From an uncultured candidatus Porisulfidus sp. (lineage in GTDB: Bacteria > Pseudomonadota > Gammaproteobacteria > Poriferisulfidales > Poriferisulfidaceae), in NCBI GenBank assembly GCA_965199755.1, contig CBDASZ010000001.1, forward strand, positions 192,001 through 256,000: a DNA stretch of 64,000 nucleotides, written 5' to 3'. Position numbers and translations under genes: made by a program. Shown here one piece after another: positions 9,565-18,094 of this stretch. The stretch's first letter is position 1; each line of letters opens with the position of its first letter. The notes below the pieces were generated by a model. That model worked only from the letters and a program-made list of their open reading frames with translations, ran no database searches and was not told the origin of the DNA.

Positions 9565-10305
9565 ATGCGCAGTCTCATTGCCGCCGCGCTGATGCTGGCG
9601 ACTGCGGGGGTGTTGGCAGAAGCGCCGGCGGACAACGAATATCCGCAAAGCCGCGCGCTGATGCGCTCCATTCTTGAGCAGGCCAATGATGCGGCGCTGC
9701 AGGCGCAGAAGAAATATTTCCCCGAACACTATGACGCGCTGACGCTGCAGCTGACACAGTGGCAGCGTGCGGACGGCTCTCGTGAGGCGACCGAGAAACT
9801 GGTGAATACGTCCAACCAAAACTGGGCGCGTTACAACGAACTGGTTCGCCAGGGCGCTCCGCAGGACTGGAGGCAACTGGTCCGCATGCGCCGGGATGTG
9901 TTCGCGGTGATCGCCGAGCGAGAAGGCGCGCAGTTGTGCATGAGTTACGAATACCGGGGCAGTCAGGCATTGACCGGCGGCGGGCGTGAGTTCTACCGAC
10001 CGCAGATCAGTGCGTATATTGCGAAATTTCTGGAAGCAGCGGCGGCCGCGCGGGACAATCCAGCGCAGTGGGAAGAGGCGCACGCGGAGGATATGGGGCT
10101 GCTGTATGACACGGCGCGCGGTAGTGGAACGACGGAAGAACTGCTGCAAGCGCTGCGGCCGACTGCGGAGACGCATCCGCAATTTTGTGACGCCATGATC
10201 GCGATTCTGGATGCCGCGCTGGTGCTGGAAGGCCCGCCGGCGCAACGGGTCTGGCGCTTTCTGGTGACGGTGGCACCAAAGCCGGCTGAAGATGCCTCCG
10301 AGTGA
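9565..10305 (+). CDS. Hypothetical exported protein
   Basis: ATG at 9565 gives a signal peptide (MRSLIAAALMLATAGVLA); host-like codon usage; no recognised motif. Confidence 0.65.
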   Translation: MRSLIAAALMLATAGVLAEAPADNEYPQSRALMRSILEQANDAALQAQKKYFPEHYDALTLQLTQWQRADGSREATEKLVNTSNQNWARYNELVRQGAPQDWRQLVRMRRDVFAVIAEREGAQLCMSYEYRGSQALTGGGREFYRPQISAYIAKFLEAAAAARDNPAQWEEAHAEDMGLLYDTARGSGTTEELLQALRPTAETHPQFCDAMIAILDAALVLEGPPAQRVWRFLVTVAPKPAEDASE

Positions 10306-10380
10306 AGAGTGGCCGGTGGCTGTCGCTGTCGGGGACGCTAGAATGTTGGGAAACTACTTCCCCAAGCAACGTTCAGGTGT

Positions 10381-10650
10381 ATGGCAATGCTGTCAAAATT
10401 TTTCTCTCTGTTTCTGATCGCCTTTGTGGTTCTGCATATCACGCCGTCCGCGTTCGCGTGCAGTCCCCGCGCCATTTGCGGCGATGGCCATTCATACAGT
10501 GATCCGGCGCACAAGTTTGATCGTGAAGAACGAGCACAAATGCAACGGTTCTGCGAAAACATGGCGGAACGGGTCTGCAATCAGATCAAGCAGCAAGCGG
10601 AGAAGAACGCCAAGCTGGAGATCAGGCGGCACCAAAGGCAGGAACACTAG
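10381..10650 (+). CDS. Small exported protein with four Cys
   Basis: Signal peptide ending AFA-C; mature part has 4 Cys; TAGAAT -10-like element upstream. Confidence 0.55.
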   Translation: MAMLSKFFSLFLIAFVVLHITPSAFACSPRAICGDGHSYSDPAHKFDREERAQMQRFCENMAERVCNQIKQQAEKNAKLEIRRHQRQEH

Positions 10651-10668
10651 ACCGCGCTGTCTCACGGA

Positions 10669-11244
10669 TTACTGCTGCGGTGCGTTCTCCGTATCCGCCG
10701 CTTGCGCGACACATTCTGTCTCGTCCATTTCAACACTGGGACAGGCGGCCAGCACGGCTTCCAACGCATCCGCTTCACGGCGGTCAATCGTCAACTGGTA
10801 CTTGAGGCGCACCTGCAAGACGCGGTGGGCGAACCAGCACGAGTTGCGCTGCGGCATCCATTCGGTGGCGTCCTTGGCGCCTTTCTTCCGATTGACCGAG
10901 GGGGCCGCCAGAGTCAGGTTGAGCAGGTCTGAACCAAAAGCGCGTCGCGTGGCCATATCAGCGCTGCACAATCCGCTTTTATGCGCTTCGTAGATGGCGA
11001 CAATGTGTTCGATCTGTGTCTGCCTAAGATTGCTGAAGCATTCTCCGGTGTAGGGGCTGATGATTTTGCCGAGTTGTTCGGCGATTTTGGGCTCCACCGA
11101 TTGGGAGTAAGCGTAATCCTTTCGGTTGTAATGGCTGCAACGATCTTCTGGCGCGATCACCAGTCCGCGCCAGTGCGTGGGTTCCGAAGCTTGCGCGGCC
11201 GCATGGCCAAAAAGCAGCAGCGCGAACAGGAATGGCCGCGCCAT
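10669..11244 (-). CDS. Exported DUF1524/HNH-type nuclease-domain protein
   Basis: Signal peptide; IEHIVA..EAH.SG, NLTL...VNRKKG.KD..EWMP, VRLKYQLTID. Confidence 0.75.
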   Translation of the reverse strand: MARPFLFALLLFGHAAAQASEPTHWRGLVIAPEDRCSHYNRKDYAYSQSVEPKIAEQLGKIISPYTGECFSNLRQTQIEHIVAIYEAHKSGLCSADMATRRAFGSDLLNLTLAAPSVNRKKGAKDATEWMPQRNSCWFAHRVLQVRLKYQLTIDRREADALEAVLAACPSVEMDETECVAQAADTENAPQQ

Positions 11245-11247
11245 CGT

Positions 11248-12246
11248 TCAGGCTAGCCGCAGCAACTTGGGGACGACGGCCGCCACACCGACGTTCAGTT
11301 GCGCGGGATCGAACCAGCGCCCATCGCGCTCGAAACAAGTTTTGTCGTCTTCGGGTACTTCCGCATGCAAAGGATGCAGCGCCAGTTTCAGATGAGTCAA
11401 GCGATGTACCAGCATGGGTTTCTTCTGCCAGTGCAAGGGTCTGCCGCGCTTATCTGCCCAGTGGCGAATCTGCGCGTCATCAGCAAACTCCGGGAATCCC
11501 CACAATCCGCCCCACAGGCCATCGCGCTCGCGCTGGCGCAACAGAATCTGGCCATCGTGACTGCGCAACACCGCCAGCCACATTGTTCGATCACGTACCT
11601 GTACGGATGTGGTGCGTGCTGTTGCGGTATTTGGATTTTGGCGGTGGTGGCAATCCTTGCGCAGCGGGCAGCGAGCGCACTCAGGGTTGCGCGTCGTGCA
11701 TAGCGTCGCACCCAGATCCATCAGTCCCTGCGTATAGGCCGCCGCGCTTTCTTCAGGGAGCAGCGCCTCGGCGCGTTCCCACAAGACCCGGTTGTTTTGA
11801 GGCAGCAGGCCCTGATGTCGCGCCAGCACCCGCCGCGCGTTGCCGTCGAGCATGACGGCGGGCTGATTCAATCCCAGCGAGACGATGGCACCGGCGGTAC
11901 TGCGCCCGACCCCCGGCAATTGCATCCACTGTTCGACCGTACGCGGCAGGCGTCCGCCTTCAGCGCGGAGCAGGCGTGCGGCCTGATGCAAGTTGCGGGC
12001 GCGGGCGTAGTAGCCCAGCCCGGACCAGTGCGCGAGCACGGAGTCTAGTGGCGCTTCCGCCAGCTGCTTGAGGTTGGGGAAACTGCGCACAAAGCGGCGG
12101 AAGTAGGGGATGACAGTGGCGACCTGAGTCTGCTGCAGCATGATTTCGGAGACCCAGATGCGATACAGATTGCCGGGGCGCTGCCACGGGAGATCGCGCC
12201 GGCCATGCCGCTTCTGCCAGGCGATGATGCGGGATGCGAGCGACAC
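11248..12246 (-). CDS. mutY: A/G-specific adenine glycosylase
   Basis: WVSEIMLQQTQV, WSGLGYYARARNL, HhH LPGVGRSTAGAI, FeS motif C-x6-C-x2-C-x5-C. Confidence 0.95.
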   Translation of the reverse strand: MSLASRIIAWQKRHGRRDLPWQRPGNLYRIWVSEIMLQQTQVATVIPYFRRFVRSFPNLKQLAEAPLDSVLAHWSGLGYYARARNLHQAARLLRAEGGRLPRTVEQWMQLPGVGRSTAGAIVSLGLNQPAVMLDGNARRVLARHQGLLPQNNRVLWERAEALLPEESAAAYTQGLMDLGATLCTTRNPECARCPLRKDCHHRQNPNTATARTTSVQVRDRTMWLAVLRSHDGQILLRQRERDGLWGGLWGFPEFADDAQIRHWADKRGRPLHWQKKPMLVHRLTHLKLALHPLHAEVPEDDKTCFERDGRWFDPAQLNVGVAAVVPKLLRLA

Positions 12247-12254
12247 GGAGTGGC

Positions 12255-14396
12255 TCAGAACAGTTTGTCGAGAAGATTGCGAACGGCGTCTTCGGCTTCT
12301 TCCGGCACCCCCAACTCCTCTCGGATTTTTTCTTCAACCCGCTCTTGTGCTTTTTTCTTGATCTTCTCGATGCCTTCGTCGATCTGAACCTTGGCCAGCG
12401 CCGAGAGGTCCAGAGAATGAGACAGATCATCGAACGGGCCGGAAATCCGCACCGGAATCCGCACGCTGTCTTCTGAACCGACGTTGAGCTGGTATTCCAG
12501 TTGTGAGGCCGGCAGATCCACGTGGCCTTGTCCGGTCACATTGATGGCTCCCGCCGCCAGCATCAGGTCATGGTTGAGCAGTCGCCCGTCGGTCGCGTTC
12601 CAGGTGGCGCTCAGGTGATCGAACAGCAACCGCCCCTCACTGGTACTTTGCTTTGGGCGCTTCTGCAAGGCGGCGACAGCCCCTTCAATGGCACTGGCGA
12701 CCTCGCCGATCTGTAGTGAGCCGTTACGCAGTGACAGACCGATAAAGCCGCGCAGCGAAGGCAGGAATGTATTGGCCTGCAAGCCGCGCGCACTGAGTGC
12801 CAGTTCCAGATCGGTAGCCCCTTCGATAGGCGAGTGGTCCATCTTGAGAAATCGGGTAAGCAGAGCGCCGAGTTCGAGCCGGGACAGATTCAGGTTCAAT
12901 CGATATTCGGGAATGCCGCTGGCGGCATTGAGCTGGGCGTCAGCCAAGAACGAGCCGCTGTTGAGGGTTCCGGTCAATTCCTGAAGGTTCCAGTGTCCGT
13001 TGCTGGCAATCAGTTTCAATCGGGGATGCTCGACGCTCAGGTCTTGCCAGTTCAGCTGGTCAATTTCCAGTTGCACATCGAGACGCTGTTCGCGCAGCCA
13101 GTCCACTGGCAGGACAATCGGCATATCTGCGCTGGTATCCTCCGCGGCGGTCGGCTCCTCGGCGTTCGGAATTGGGGTTTGGGCTTGCGGCAAGTACTGA
13201 TCCAGCACCAGTTGATCCAGTTGCAAGTGCGCGGCCAGCCGGGGCTGCTCCGGGTCCAGGATGGACACATCGCCTTGGATATGCATGTCATTCAGTTGCG
13301 CGTCCAGCCCTGAGATATGCAGGCCATGCGGATGCGCGCGAAAGTCCCCAGACAGCGTGAGGGTGCGCAGGGTCTCGGCGGCCATGCCTTGAGGCTGTTC
13401 GATCTGCCACAAGGTAAGCCATTGCGGGATATCAATGTCGCGGCCACGGATATGACCGGAGGCTTCCGGTTCGCTGGACAGGTTTTGCAGCTTCAGATGA
13501 TCCACATCAAATTCTGCGCCCAGAGTGCGGGCCCGCGCATCGGTGGCCTCGAAGTTGTCGTCATTTCGATTCCAGAGAAAGGAGCGCGCCTCCAAAGTGC
13601 CTTCCAGTTGCGAGAACGCCAGCGCCGGACCGGCGAGGCGCACGCCGAGGTTCAGATCCTGACCGTTGAGGCTTTGCTTATCAGTGTTCCAGTGCAGATC
13701 GGTGTCCATATTCAGTTGCGCGTTGACGCGGCCTTCCGGTGACGCATCCAGCCACAGCATGAGTTCGCCCGCCAGATCCATGGCGATGCTGCTGCCGAGT
13801 GTTGAGGCGTCCAGAGTCAGGTCCATGTCCGAGAGACGGACCCGGCGCTCGTTGAGATCGTCCCAGAATGCGATGGTGCTGTCGGTCAGTTGCAGCGCTT
13901 GCACTTCCAGCGCAATGGAGGACTCGACAGGCTCGCCGGTGTCGTCACGCAGCACGTGCCGCGGCGTGTCCGTGAGAGGGCGGGTCAAGGGCAGCCAGTT
14001 GACGCTACCGCTGGAACTGCGATGCAGGCGCAGTTGCAGGCCGTCGAAGCGAATGGAGTGGATGTAGAGTCGCCCAAACAGCAACGGCATTGGCTGCAGA
14101 TAAATTTCGGCGCGCTGCACCGTCAGCATCGGTTCCTGACCGAAGCCGGTGGCGTTGTCGAGAGTGGCTTCGTGCACCTCAAACCCGACCTGCGGCGGGT
14201 CCAGATGCAATTCCAGATCGCCGGCCAGCACAAACGCGCGACCGGTGTGTTCCGTAACCAGATCCTCCAGTTCGTCGCGGTAGTCGTTGGGCTCGAATGT
14301 CACTGTGAGATAGCCCAGCGTGAGTAGGCCAAGCAACAACAGTGCGAGGAGGCCGAACCCGGTCAGGCGCAGGATTCGGACGGTGTGCGCGATCAT
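12255..14396 (-). CDS. asmA: AsmA family protein
   Basis: N-terminal anchor then [13 protein letters not shown]; C-terminal IPVRISGPF; ATG at 14396 overlaps the moaC stop (ATGA); conserved asmA-mutY order. Confidence 0.85.
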   Translation of the reverse strand: MIAHTVRILRLTGFGLLALLLLGLLTLGYLTVTFEPNDYRDELEDLVTEHTGRAFVLAGDLELHLDPPQVGFEVHEATLDNATGFGQEPMLTVQRAEIYLQPMPLLFGRLYIHSIRFDGLQLRLHRSSSGSVNWLPLTRPLTDTPRHVLRDDTGEPVESSIALEVQALQLTDSTIAFWDDLNERRVRLSDMDLTLDASTLGSSIAMDLAGELMLWLDASPEGRVNAQLNMDTDLHWNTDKQSLNGQDLNLGVRLAGPALAFSQLEGTLEARSFLWNRNDDNFEATDARARTLGAEFDVDHLKLQNLSSEPEASGHIRGRDIDIPQWLTLWQIEQPQGMAAETLRTLTLSGDFRAHPHGLHISGLDAQLNDMHIQGDVSILDPEQPRLAAHLQLDQLVLDQYLPQAQTPIPNAEEPTAAEDTSADMPIVLPVDWLREQRLDVQLEIDQLNWQDLSVEHPRLKLIASNGHWNLQELTGTLNSGSFLADAQLNAASGIPEYRLNLNLSRLELGALLTRFLKMDHSPIEGATDLELALSARGLQANTFLPSLRGFIGLSLRNGSLQIGEVASAIEGAVAALQKRPKQSTSEGRLLFDHLSATWNATDGRLLNHDLMLAAGAINVTGQGHVDLPASQLEYQLNVGSEDSVRIPVRISGPFDDLSHSLDLSALAKVQIDEGIEKIKKKAQERVEEKIREELGVPEEAEDAVRNLLDKLF

Positions 14397-14875
14397 GTGT
14401 CGTCGCGGCTCCAGTCGCCGGATCGTCCTCCTGATTTTCGCAGCAGGGCAATGCCGTCTATTTGCATACCACGATCGATCGCCTTGCACATGTCATAGAT
14501 TGTCAGCAAGGCGATATGCACGGCGGTCAGCGCTTCCATTTCTACGCCGGTGTTCGCATGCGTCTCGCATCGGGCTTGAGCGCAGACCGCTGGCGGAGTC
14601 TCTTCCAGCAAGAACTCAATGGAGACATGATTCAGCGGCAGAGGGTGGCACAACGGGATCAGATCCGGGGTACGCTTGGCCGCCATGATGCCGGCGACGC
14701 GCGCGACGGCGAGCACATCACCCTTACGACTGGTGCCGTCTCGAACTTGCTGCAAGGTCTCCGCCTGCATGTGAATGCGGCCTTCGGCTACGGCGATGCG
14801 GTGCGTGTCAGGCTTGTCGGAGACGTCGACCATCCGGGCTTCGCCGTCGGCATTGAAATGGGTGAGTTCAACCAC
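14393..14875 (-). CDS. moaC: Cyclic pyranopterin monophosphate synthase
   Basis: [49 protein letters not shown]. Confidence 0.95.
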   Translation of the reverse strand: MVELTHFNADGEARMVDVSDKPDTHRIAVAEGRIHMQAETLQQVRDGTSRKGDVLAVARVAGIMAAKRTPDLIPLCHPLPLNHVSIEFLLEETPPAVCAQARCETHANTGVEMEALTAVHIALLTIYDMCKAIDRGMQIDGIALLRKSGGRSGDWSRDDT

Positions 14876-14924
14876 GATGCGCTGGGAGGTGGGGGGCTGG
14901 AAGGGATTATAGAGGGTGCGTGTT

Positions 14925-15467
14925 TCAGGAGGGTTTCCCGGCCCGCCACAGCACCTCTGTTTTGCCCGCATTGCCGTCGGCAGTGCGCGCCAGCACGAAC
15001 AGCAAATCCGACAGACGATTCAGATAAATCTGCCCCTGCTTCAGCTCCGGGGCGAGTGCGGCCAGCCGGCGTTCCGCCCGCCGGCAGACGGCCCGCGCGA
15101 TATGCCATTGCGCGCCTGTCGCGCTGCTGCCAGGCAGCACGAATTCTTCAAGCGGCGGCAGTAGCGCGTTGTATTTCGTGATGCGGGCCTCCAGCAGATC
15201 AATGCGATCATCACCCAGCAACGGGCGATCGCTGCCGGCAATCAGCGCGCCGAGGTCGAACAGATCCTGCTGCAACTCCAGCACGAGGGCGCACAGTTCC
15301 GGGGTGTCATCGGTTGCGCGCAACACGCCGAGTTGACAGTTGAGTTCGTCGACTGCGCCGAGTGCCTCGACGCGGGCGTCGGTTTTGGGCACCCGTTCGC
15401 CGCTGCCCAAGGAGGTGGTGCCGTCGTCGCCGCTTTTGGTGGTGACTCGGGAGATTCGCCGAGCCAT
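14925..15467 (-). CDS. Cob(I)alamin adenosyltransferase, PduO/MMAB type
   Basis: [46 protein letters not shown]. Confidence 0.92.
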   Translation of the reverse strand: MARRISRVTTKSGDDGTTSLGSGERVPKTDARVEALGAVDELNCQLGVLRATDDTPELCALVLELQQDLFDLGALIAGSDRPLLGDDRIDLLEARITKYNALLPPLEEFVLPGSSATGAQWHIARAVCRRAERRLAALAPELKQGQIYLNRLSDLLFVLARTADGNAGKTEVLWRAGKPS

Positions 15468-15472
15468 TGGTT

Positions 15473-16009
15473 TCAGGGTGCGCTTTGCAGCGTGTTTAGG
15501 AGACCGCTGATTTCATGGGCATGTTCTTTGGCAGCTACGTTGCGCCAGAGATGCTGGATGATGCCGTCGGGGTCAATCAGAAAAGTGTGGCGCTTGGCGA
15601 ATCGAAATCCAGGGAAGCCGCCCATCGCGCCGTACTGGTCGACCACGTCTCCGTCCGGGTCGGACAGGATGGGGAACGGCAGCTGGTATTTCTCGGCAAA
15701 GGCCTCATGGCTTTTCATGGTGTTCATGCTGACGCCGAGCACTTGCGTGTTTTGGTGTTTCAGGAGGGAGTATTCGTCGCGAAAGGCGCAGCCTTCGGCG
15801 ACGCATCCGGGCGTGTCGTCCCACGGGTAGAAGTACAGCACCACCCATTGGCCGGCGTAGTCCTCAAGCCGATGGATCTGCCCGTTGCCATCCGGCAACT
15901 CGAAGTTTGGAGCGGGTTCGCCTGTATCAATCATTTCTGCCTGAAGGGGTGCGCACAGGCCCAAAAGCAAAAGGCCGTGGTGGAGTTTCGGGAGGGGGTC
16001 ATCAGTCAT
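15473..16009 (-). CDS. bcp: Peroxiredoxin, BCP/PrxQ type
   Basis: VVLYFYPWDDTPGCVAEGC (PxxxTxxCxxxxC), RHTFLID. Confidence 0.88.
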   Translation of the reverse strand: MTDDPLPKLHHGLLLLGLCAPLQAEMIDTGEPAPNFELPDGNGQIHRLEDYAGQWVVLYFYPWDDTPGCVAEGCAFRDEYSLLKHQNTQVLGVSMNTMKSHEAFAEKYQLPFPILSDPDGDVVDQYGAMGGFPGFRFAKRHTFLIDPDGIIQHLWRNVAAKEHAHEISGLLNTLQSAP

Positions 16010-16012
16010 GTC

Positions 16013-17428
16013 TTATGAGGACGGGGCCGCAGGGGCATTGATATCGCTGCCGGTTTGGTACCAGCGCAACTGCTCTCGCAATTCTACCACCTTACCGACG
16101 ATGATTAAGGTGGGCGGGACCACTTCTCGCGTGGTGACCAGTTCCGGCAAGTCCTGCAAGGTGCCGGTGAGCACCTGCTGCTCAGGGGTGGTGCCGCGCA
16201 TGATTAACGCCGTGGGGGTATTCGCTTCCAGCCCATGGCCGATGAGTTGGCGACAAATCTCGGCGCAGCCGGCCAGTCCCATGTAGAACACCAGAGTCTG
16301 ATTGGGGTGTGCCAGCATCTCCCAGTTCAGATTGACGCTGCCGTCCTTGAGGTGGCCGGTGACAAAGATACAGGCTTGCGCATGATCGCGGTGCGTCAGC
16401 GGGATGCCGGCGTAACTGGCGCAGCCGTTGGCGGCGGTGATGCCGGGGACGATCTGAAACGGGATGCCTTCCTCCATTAAGGTGGCGATTTCCTCGCCGC
16501 CGCGCCCGAACACCAGCGGGTCGCCGCCTTTCAGCCGCAACACCCGTTTGCCTTCGCGGGCCAGCCGCACCAGCAAGGCGTTGATCGACTCCTGCGCGAT
16601 GGTATGACGGTCGCGCTCCTTGCCGGCATAGATTTTCTCGACGTCCTGACGCAGCAGCGCCATGATTGGATCGCTGACCAGACGGTCGTAGACCACCACA
16701 TCGGCCTGTCGGATTAGCCGCTGTGCGCGGAAGGTCAGCAGGTCCGGATCACCGGGGCCTGCGCCGACAAGATACACCTCGCCCGCGCTGGGGATGGCAC
16801 CGCGATCAATGGCGGCACCGAGTTCGGCCTGCGCCTCGGTTTCGCGCCCGTCCAGTACTTGCTCGGCGATCGGTCCGGTTAGCGCGGCTTCCCAGAAACG
16901 GCGGCGCGAGCGGCGCTCGCTGAAGGCTTCGCGCACACGCGAACGGGAGTTCTCGACCAAGGTCGCCAGCCGCCCGAATGCGCCGGGGATGAAACTTTCG
17001 AGTTGGTCGCGCAACAGCCGTCCCAGCATAGGGGAGGCACCGCCTGTGCAAATGGCGATCTGAATGGGGGCACGGTGAATGACGGAGGGCATCAGCACGT
17101 CACCGGAACTGGCCTGATGCGCGGCGTTGACCAGCACGCCGCGTTCGCGCGCCAGCTGGGTCAGGCGCTGGTTGAGTTCAGCATTATCGCTGGCGATGAC
17201 CAGCAGGAACGCCTCATTGAGATCGTCGTCTTCCGCTGCTCGTGCGAGATATTCGAGATGACCGTCATCGGCGTGCGCCGTGATGTCTTCGGTGGCTTCG
17301 GGCGCGATCACGCGCACTTGTGCGCCGGCACCCAGCAGCGCTTCGATCTTGCGCTGGGCGACCAGACCTGCGCCGATCACCACGCAGAGGCGATCGCGGA
17401 CGTCAACGAACAGGGCAAGCGAATCCAT
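16013..17428 (-). CDS. cysG: Siroheme synthase (multifunctional)
   Basis: N-terminal GAGLVAQRK dehydrogenase/ferrochelatase; LVGAGPGDPDLLT, RLKGGDP..FGRGGEE methyltransferase. Confidence 0.95.
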   Translation of the reverse strand: MDSLALFVDVRDRLCVVIGAGLVAQRKIEALLGAGAQVRVIAPEATEDITAHADDGHLEYLARAAEDDDLNEAFLLVIASDNAELNQRLTQLARERGVLVNAAHQASSGDVLMPSVIHRAPIQIAICTGGASPMLGRLLRDQLESFIPGAFGRLATLVENSRSRVREAFSERRSRRRFWEAALTGPIAEQVLDGRETEAQAELGAAIDRGAIPSAGEVYLVGAGPGDPDLLTFRAQRLIRQADVVVYDRLVSDPIMALLRQDVEKIYAGKERDRHTIAQESINALLVRLAREGKRVLRLKGGDPLVFGRGGEEIATLMEEGIPFQIVPGITAANGCASYAGIPLTHRDHAQACIFVTGHLKDGSVNLNWEMLAHPNQTLVFYMGLAGCAEICRQLIGHGLEANTPTALIMRGTTPEQQVLTGTLQDLPELVTTREVVPPTLIIVGKVVELREQLRWYQTGSDINAPAAPSS

Positions 17429-17486
17429 GGCGACAATCAGATAGAGTAAAATTCCTTCAGCTCATCTTAAGCAGGAAAACACCTTT

Positions 17487-17564
17487 ATGGACTCCTTTCG
17501 CCTAGTTGCCATTGCCATCGGTCTCGCCATTATTGGCTCGGCCGTGTGGATGGCGCTTACCTGA
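17487..17564 (+). CDS. Candidate 25-aa single-pass membrane microprotein
   Basis: MDSFRLVAIAIGLAIIGSAVWMALT* in the cysG-lspA gap; GCAGGA SD-like sequence and TAAAAT upstream. Confidence 0.45.
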   Translation: MDSFRLVAIAIGLAIIGSAVWMALT

Positions 17565-17611
17565 AACGGTCTGCCCTAACTGTTTGATGAAGTCGGCGGG
17601 CCGCGCGGCGG

Positions 17612-18094
17612 TCATGCGCCGGCGGTGGGCTTGTCGTTGCGCAAGCCCCATAGCAAACCCACGACGCCCAGCGTGATGGCGGTGTCGGCCACATTGAAAG
17701 TCGGCCACTGCCAGCCTTGATAGTGCAACACAATGAAATCCGCGACTGCACCGGTGTGCAGGCGATCGAACAGATTGCCGGCCGCGCCGCCCAAAACCAA
17801 TGCGACTGAGACCACCGGAAGTCGAGGGGTGGCCTCCATGCGGTGCAGCCAGACGGCGAGCCACGCCATGATGGCGATGCTGACGACCGACAGCAGCGGG
17901 CGCTGCCAGCCGCCGGCGTCGTGCAGCAGACTGAAAGCGGCACCGGTGTTGTAGGTGCGCTGAAAGGCGAGAAACGGCAGCAGAGTCCAGGTTTCCTGCA
18001 TCGGCAGGCTGCGTTCGATGAGGGCTTTGCTGAACTGATCCAGTACCAGCGTCGCGCCGGCGATGGGGGCGGCAAGCCGCCAGGTATCAGACAT
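17612..18094 (-). CDS. lspA: Lipoprotein signal peptidase II
   Basis: LDQFSK, NTGAAFSLL, GGAAGNLFDR, ADFI, WPTFNVAD. Confidence 0.95.
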   Translation of the reverse strand: MSDTWRLAAPIAGATLVLDQFSKALIERSLPMQETWTLLPFLAFQRTYNTGAAFSLLHDAGGWQRPLLSVVSIAIMAWLAVWLHRMEATPRLPVVSVALVLGGAAGNLFDRLHTGAVADFIVLHYQGWQWPTFNVADTAITLGVVGLLWGLRNDKPTAGA

